Positions 52,732 to 57,076 of a stretch of 57,076 nt of DNA are shown here, piece by piece. Every line of letters begins with the position of its first letter. Positions within the stretch are counted from its first letter, which is position 1. This DNA is from Paraspadella gotoi (taxonomy: Eukaryota; Animalia; Chaetognatha). The notes below the pieces were generated by a model. The model was not told where the DNA came from and searched no databases. It worked only from the letters and a program-made list of their open reading frames with translations. The position numbers were made by a program, and so were the translations under genes. The stretch is taken from the NCBI GenBank assembly GCA_051294375.1, contig JBJCIZ010000353.1:1-57076 (forward strand), given 5' to 3'.

Positions 52732-53703
52732 TTATATACTATTTCTAACCGGGCGAAACGCCAACGTGACAATGGTAGGCCCCGCTCTCAATTCTGGTTT
52801 ATTTCCGCGCATGTCCCGGATCGAAATGGAAATATTGTCTATGAACGATTTAGAAACTGGATGGTAGATTAATTCTTTAAAAGTAAATTCTTGTCTCCCA
52901 CCCAAATTTTGTTCGTTTATCTGAACCGTTCTTAACAAATTTGAATAGGAACTCCCGGTGATCCACATCTGCACTTCGGAACAGTAAATGGCCAAGACGG
53001 AATTAAAATTCATATTTGGATTGAAAAAAAATCGATCGGTTTTAACCGCGTCACTTTTTAAAATCACCGATTGCAAGGTGTCTGCCAATAATCTCTTTTC
53101 GATCACAACGTCACCATCTTTATCTAAAACTGGGTTGCCATCTATGTCGTACTTGGGATAGTCGTAGCTAACGACGCCGGGTCCTTTATCTTTTCCCAGA
53201 GTAAAATAAATATCGTCTTCTAGTTCACCCACGGCTCCCAACAAAAACAACATGGCTCCGTACAGTCTGAGAGTAATATACTTATCGCTAACATTAAAAT
53301 AAACATATCTGCTAATTTCATCAAATTCTAAAATCGGTTGGTCTTTTAATCTAGGAACGGCTTTCCAAATACCTTCGTTTATACTTGAAATTAATATTTC
53401 CGCTTTGTCGTAATGGCCGGGTTTTATTAAAAATTCATTTATTTCTCCGTAAAATTTTAATTGTGGAATCAAAGGATGTTGAATTTCGTGCAACCAATCG
53501 AATATTACCACTTTGTGAAATTCGCCCTTGGCTTCTTCTATGTTAAAAGACGAGTTGATGAGGCTTATTTGTAACAAGGCTACTTCGTAATTCCTATTTA
53601 AAATGATGGGTTCGGGCAAGGCGTTTCTAAATTCAGAATGAGAATTTTTGAATCTTTTAGCCGAGTCAGTCGACATTAGCTGGACTTGCGTAGTTTCTAA
53701 CAT
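52732..53703 (-). CDS. Minor capsid protein (penton, single jelly-roll, PX)
   Basis: N-terminal LMSTDS...NSHSEFRNALPEPIIL...YEVAL and C-terminal SNLLRTV, YHPV, ISISIRD...TLAFR. Confidence 0.88.
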   Translation of the reverse strand: MLETTQVQLMSTDSAKRFKNSHSEFRNALPEPIILNRNYEVALLQISLINSSFNIEEAKGEFHKVVIFDWLHEIQHPLIPQLKFYGEINEFLIKPGHYDKAEILISSINEGIWKAVPRLKDQPILEFDEISRYVYFNVSDKYITLRLYGAMLFLLGAVGELEDDIYFTLGKDKGPGVVSYDYPKYDIDGNPVLDKDGDVVIEKRLLADTLQSVILKSDAVKTDRFFFNPNMNFNSVLAIYCSEVQMWITGSSYSNLLRTVQINEQNLGGRQEFTFKELIYHPVSKSFIDNISISIRDMRGNKPELRAGPTIVTLAFRPVRNSI

Positions 53704-54877
53704 CTTTGAGATTATCTAATTGTTTTTTAGTTAACCAATAAGCTTTTTCTTCGTTGGCCGGTTTCGTAAGGTAAAGTTTAGTTCCCCCAACTTTTTTACC
53801 CGATCTTAAAGTGGTTTTATTTATAACTTTAGTCTTAATGACCGAGTGAAAATCCTCGTTTCTTTCCGGCGATTTATTTATCTTTTGCAATTGCCAAGAA
53901 TAATATTTCTTTTTTTTCCCTTCTAAAATGTACAATCTTGGAGTTCCGTAATGATCCTTGACCAAATGAGACTCGTTTTCAAAACTCTGGTGGTATCCCC
54001 TTTTAAAGGCTTTAGGACCTAACTTTATTCTTACCAAATCTCCCTTGTTAATGTCATACTTAATATCTTTAAATTTTTTTTTATGTTGACGCAAGTCTTT
54101 TTGAAATTTTTGTCTGAGATAAGGTTCAAATTTTGGTAGGGTGGCTTGAAAAGGCGAGAGCCATCCCAAAGCCTTTCGTTTTTTTAAGTTTAATGATAAA
54201 ATTACCAAGGGTAAAATTTTAGGCCAATTATAATTTTTTAAAGCGTAACAAGCTTTATACAAATTTTTTTCAATTTGATAATTCCAATTTTCTATCAAAT
54301 AGCTTTTCTTATCGGTAAAACTCGTGTACATCTCAATTTCATATTCTGTCATTAATTTTTTAACTTCTTTGTTGAAGAATTCCGTACCAGAATCTAAATG
54401 CATCCGCATGCAGGTCACGTGATTATTAGCTTCGAACACCGATCGAAACGCGGCCGCAACCTCGCCGCCCGTTTTGTTTCTGAGCGGGCGAGCAAAACAA
54501 AACAAAGAAAACTGATCGACGATGGACAAGAAAAAAGTATAGGGTTTCCCGTATGGTTTTAGGGTGCCCACGTCTACTAAATCCGCGGCCCATACTTCGT
54601 TTAAAAACAATTTATTAGTCGATTGATAATGTTTAGGTTGAACCCGCGATTTTTTAAACAAAGTATAAGTATTTTGTTTTGAGAGAAAGTCCTTCACTTC
54701 TCTCTTTTTTAATTTAGGTATTTTTAATTTGGCATATCTATACAAATTGTCCACGCCACCAAATGAGGCCGGATGATCTGGGCTATAATACATTTTTTTT
54801 AAAATCGATTCTTTAACTTCGTCAGTCAAAGACTCCTTTGTAGACGGGCGGGGGAGCGAGGTCGTTTTCGTCGTCAT
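53666..54877 (-). CDS. Retroviral-type (RVE) DDE integrase with SH3-like and degenerate chromodomain-like C-terminus
   Basis: YYSPDHPASFGG; catalytic WAADLVD, HLDSGTEF and LIENWN; KGDLVRI...FKRGY. Confidence 0.95.
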   Translation of the reverse strand: MTTKTTSLPRPSTKESLTDEVKESILKKMYYSPDHPASFGGVDNLYRYAKLKIPKLKKREVKDFLSKQNTYTLFKKSRVQPKHYQSTNKLFLNEVWAADLVDVGTLKPYGKPYTFFLSIVDQFSLFCFARPLRNKTGGEVAAAFRSVFEANNHVTCMRMHLDSGTEFFNKEVKKLMTEYEIEMYTSFTDKKSYLIENWNYQIEKNLYKACYALKNYNWPKILPLVILSLNLKKRKALGWLSPFQATLPKFEPYLRQKFQKDLRQHKKKFKDIKYDINKGDLVRIKLGPKAFKRGYHQSFENESHLVKDHYGTPRLYILEGKKKKYYSWQLQKINKSPERNEDFHSVIKTKVINKTTLRSGKKVGGTKLYLTKPANEEKAYWLTKKQLDNLKDVRNYASPANVD

Positions 54878-55709
54878 CCTCTTTTTTTTTTATCTTTTGT
54901 TGTTGTTGTCTTGTTTTTACTCCGGGTAAAACGGCAGAAAGTGGCGGGGCTTTTTTCTTCTTTTTTATAGGCGAGCCAGAGGTGTCTAAGACAGGTTTTT
55001 TTTCTATCCTAGGGGTTTTAGAAGTTAAAACGGAAGGGGTTTTTTTTCGAACGGAAGCCAAAGTTTTTTTAGCGGAAGCCGGAGTAGTTGGCGTGGGCGC
55101 GAGGGCGTCGAGGGTTTTTTCCTCGCTCGTAGTTGCCGATAATGGTTTATCTATTTTTCCGTGATTAATTATCCAAAATAATTGAGTGTGAATCTCGAAT
55201 GGAGAAGTAGAACCGGAACTAATTAGCTGATCGATTATTTCGTTCGTTTTGCCAATCAAGTTACCTCTAAAATACAAGTCGGAATCGGTGCGGTGAACCT
55301 GCGGTATTTCATCTATCACTTTTAAAATTTTCTCTTCGTACGGATTTAATTTAATTTTATCATATTTATTTATAATTTTCTCTTCGGTATTTTTCCTTAA
55401 ATCTTGAATAATAGGATGAATTCTCTGATGTAACTGAGTCCATTCTTTAGAAGTTTCATTTTCGTTTAACCTTTTATTTCTGATAAATTCGTCGTTAAAT
55501 TCTCTAATTTTAACATCGGGGGGGACATCTTGACGACCCGATTCGCTTATGTTCGTGGGTAATGTGATTGGATTCTTTTTTATCTCGTCTAAAATTTTAT
55601 TTTCTTTTTCTTTAAATTTAGATAAATAATGATTGGCAGGAACCAAATATAATTTTTCTAAATATTTCATAGGCGGCGGAACCTCGTCGTTTTTTAAATT
55701 ATGACTCAT
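54822..55709 (-). CDS. Unknown 295-aa protein between the PW-like gene and the integrase
   Basis: Long ORF overlapping both neighbours, with KLYLVP near the N-terminus and a Pro/Thr/Lys-rich tail. Confidence 0.8.
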   Translation of the reverse strand: MSHNLKNDEVPPPMKYLEKLYLVPANHYLSKFKEKENKILDEIKKNPITLPTNISESGRQDVPPDVKIREFNDEFIRNKRLNENETSKEWTQLHQRIHPIIQDLRKNTEEKIINKYDKIKLNPYEEKILKVIDEIPQVHRTDSDLYFRGNLIGKTNEIIDQLISSGSTSPFEIHTQLFWIINHGKIDKPLSATTSEEKTLDALAPTPTTPASAKKTLASVRKKTPSVLTSKTPRIEKKPVLDTSGSPIKKKKKAPPLSAVLPGVKTRQQQQKIKKKEDDDENDLAPPPVYKGVFD

Positions 55710-56137
55710 TATTTTTGTTTTGAGCTTTTGTTTTTATTTCGAGTTGCCAGTTCGACGGATAAAGTAATCAAAGAAGGCAAAAGAACGGAAAGCAAGGTTC
55801 CCAAAAACTTTCCCCGTCTGAGCAAATGCCGTCTTTTTTTTAGAGAAATCGATTTGAGAGATAATAAATGTATTTGCTTTTTATATGGTTTCAGTTTGTT
55901 TATCAAATCTTGATTTATTTTAATATTAGAAGCCAACAGATTATGAGCCACCTCGGCCAAAGTAAAAATTAGGTTTTTAGATTTTGAAGATTGAATATAA
56001 TTTTTTTGATGTTTAGATCTTAAACCGTTTAAATGTTTTAATTCAGGTATACTCGACTCCAAGCGGCGCCTCGCCATCTCGTCTCTCTCAATACCCACGC
56101 CTCCTCGTCGTCGTCCCTTTCCTTTTTTCGACGTCAT
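55709..56137 (-). CDS. PW-like small basic core protein (start may be the second Met, MARRRLE)
   Basis: EVAHNLL...KKRRHLLRRGKFLGTLLSVLLPSL resembles the Polinton protein found downstream of the ATPase (usually KKR..L.Q.GGFL..LL). Confidence 0.75.
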   Translation of the reverse strand: MTSKKGKGRRRGGVGIERDEMARRRLESSIPELKHLNGLRSKHQKNYIQSSKSKNLIFTLAEVAHNLLASNIKINQDLINKLKPYKKQIHLLSLKSISLKKRRHLLRRGKFLGTLLSVLLPSLITLSVELATRNKNKSSKQK

Positions 56138-56891
56138 GTCGCTCCAAGTAAGCCACTGGATCTCCCGGGTCGTCTGGTAAAACGTTGGTAGTTATTCTTA
56201 ATTTTTCCGGGCAAGAAGTTTGAAAATTTAATAACAAATATCCATAGGGCGGGTTTATATATTGAGAATTTTGATGGGCCTCGTATATTAGGCTAGGACA
56301 TTGTGGAGAAAATTGTTGAGACAATTTAAAATACGTCGAACGATCTCTTAAAAAACGGGTGATTAATAAAAAATGAGAATTTAGGCTTATTTTACGAAAG
56401 GAGACGGGATATTTTTCGAAGATGTTGTGAATTGTGGTTATGGCGCTAACCATTCTATGATGAACTATTTTACAATACAAATCTTCGATCCATAAACTAG
56501 GAACTATATTTATAAGGTCGTCAATAATTAAGAGTAAGTGATTTGTATCTTTTAAATTTTCTGGTTCTACTACGCTGGTATCGATTCCCTGACGAAAATC
56601 AACGTGGGCAAAATCTTTGTTTTCGAAAGCTTTATTCCACTCGGAATAAAAATAAATTATGCGGTCCGGTGGTTTATCCACTAATTGATCGATGTATTTA
56701 ATAATGCTTAAAATTTTATGAGTCTTTCCCGTATTAGAGCTACCCGCCACCCTATAATATAAATTAATTTAAATTAAATATTTAATTTTTTATTTTTTTA
56801 AAACTTAATTTTTTACTCACAACATAGAAAAGGGAGCTCGAAATCTTAAATCGTAGCTCGAATGTTCCTCGTTTCCTTCGTGACAATTCAT
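56088..56891 (-). CDS. FtsK/A32-like DNA packaging ATPase; two exons, 56891-56821 and 56751-56088
   Basis: Splicing gives MNCHEGNEEHSSYDLRFRAPFSML-VAGSSNTGKT (Walker A). Walker B is LLIIDDL, with HHR, ISLNSH and YGYLLL motifs also present. Confidence 0.94.
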
Positions 56892-57070
56892 TTTGTTTTC
56901 CAAAGTAAATAAAAAATTAAGCCAGCGTTAACCCAAAATCCATAGTTTAATAATTCATATCTCCTTTTTATACCCTTTAAACGGGCATCGATTCGATCTA
57001 AAGTAGTTAGCATTTTTTCAGTTTCAGCTAGCAATCTCATAGATTCGTTTTCGTTATCTTTTGAAATCAT
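56888..57070 (-). CDS. 60-aa protein with a coiled-coil-like segment and a C-terminal hydrophobic tail
   Basis: ATG after an A-run. Its TGA overlaps the ATPase ATG (ATGA). Tail YGFWVNAGLIFYLLWKTK. Confidence 0.6.
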   Translation of the reverse strand: MISKDNENESMRLLAETEKMLTTLDRIDARLKGIKRRYELLNYGFWVNAGLIFYLLWKTK

Positions 57071-57076
57071 TTTTTT

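Larger units (their letters stand above)
1..57076. mobile_element. Polinton/Maverick (polintovirus/adintovirus-like) element, present as multiple partial and inverted copies
   Basis: pPolB, RVE integrase, FtsK/A32 ATPase, adenain protease, DJR major capsid protein and penton co-occur, which is the defining Polinton gene set. True termini and target-site duplication are not identifiable. Confidence 0.95.

Noticed and set aside
1-57076. rRNA, tRNA or host-species assignment
   Set aside because: No RNA-gene signature was seen. Intron style and A-rich start context suggest an invertebrate host, but this cannot be established from the sequence.

Overview
The window is almost entirely one eukaryotic Polinton/Maverick (polintovirus/adintovirus-type) element, present as several partial, rearranged copies of very different sequence quality. 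The cleanest part (45008-57076) holds the C-terminal half of a protein-primed family B DNA polymerase (pPolB) on the + strand. Converging on it is a tightly packed - strand cluster: small tail-anchored ORF, FtsK/A32 packaging ATPase, PW-like core protein, unknown ORF, RVE integrase, penton, PZ-like protein, double jelly-roll major capsid protein, adenain protease, a Cys-rich ORF and a tandem PC4-like protein. The pPolB N-terminal half and two upstream ORFs occur three times in 1-24000, and about 32380-44982 is an indel-riddled inverted copy of the clean cluster. These copies, plus three 25-N gaps, look like uncorrected long-read gap filling rather than real amplification. The unusual biology is invisible in the ORF track. 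pPolB is split by about 11 GT-AG introns, three of them inside catalytic motifs A, B and C, and the ATPase has one intron. The element appears to carry spliced cargo genes for a mucin-like type I membrane glycoprotein and a RING/coiled-coil protein. pPolB starts with a PLDLS (CtBP-type) motif, and the integrase has an LRSG (acidic-patch-type) motif. All calls come from manual motif reading; no database searches were run.
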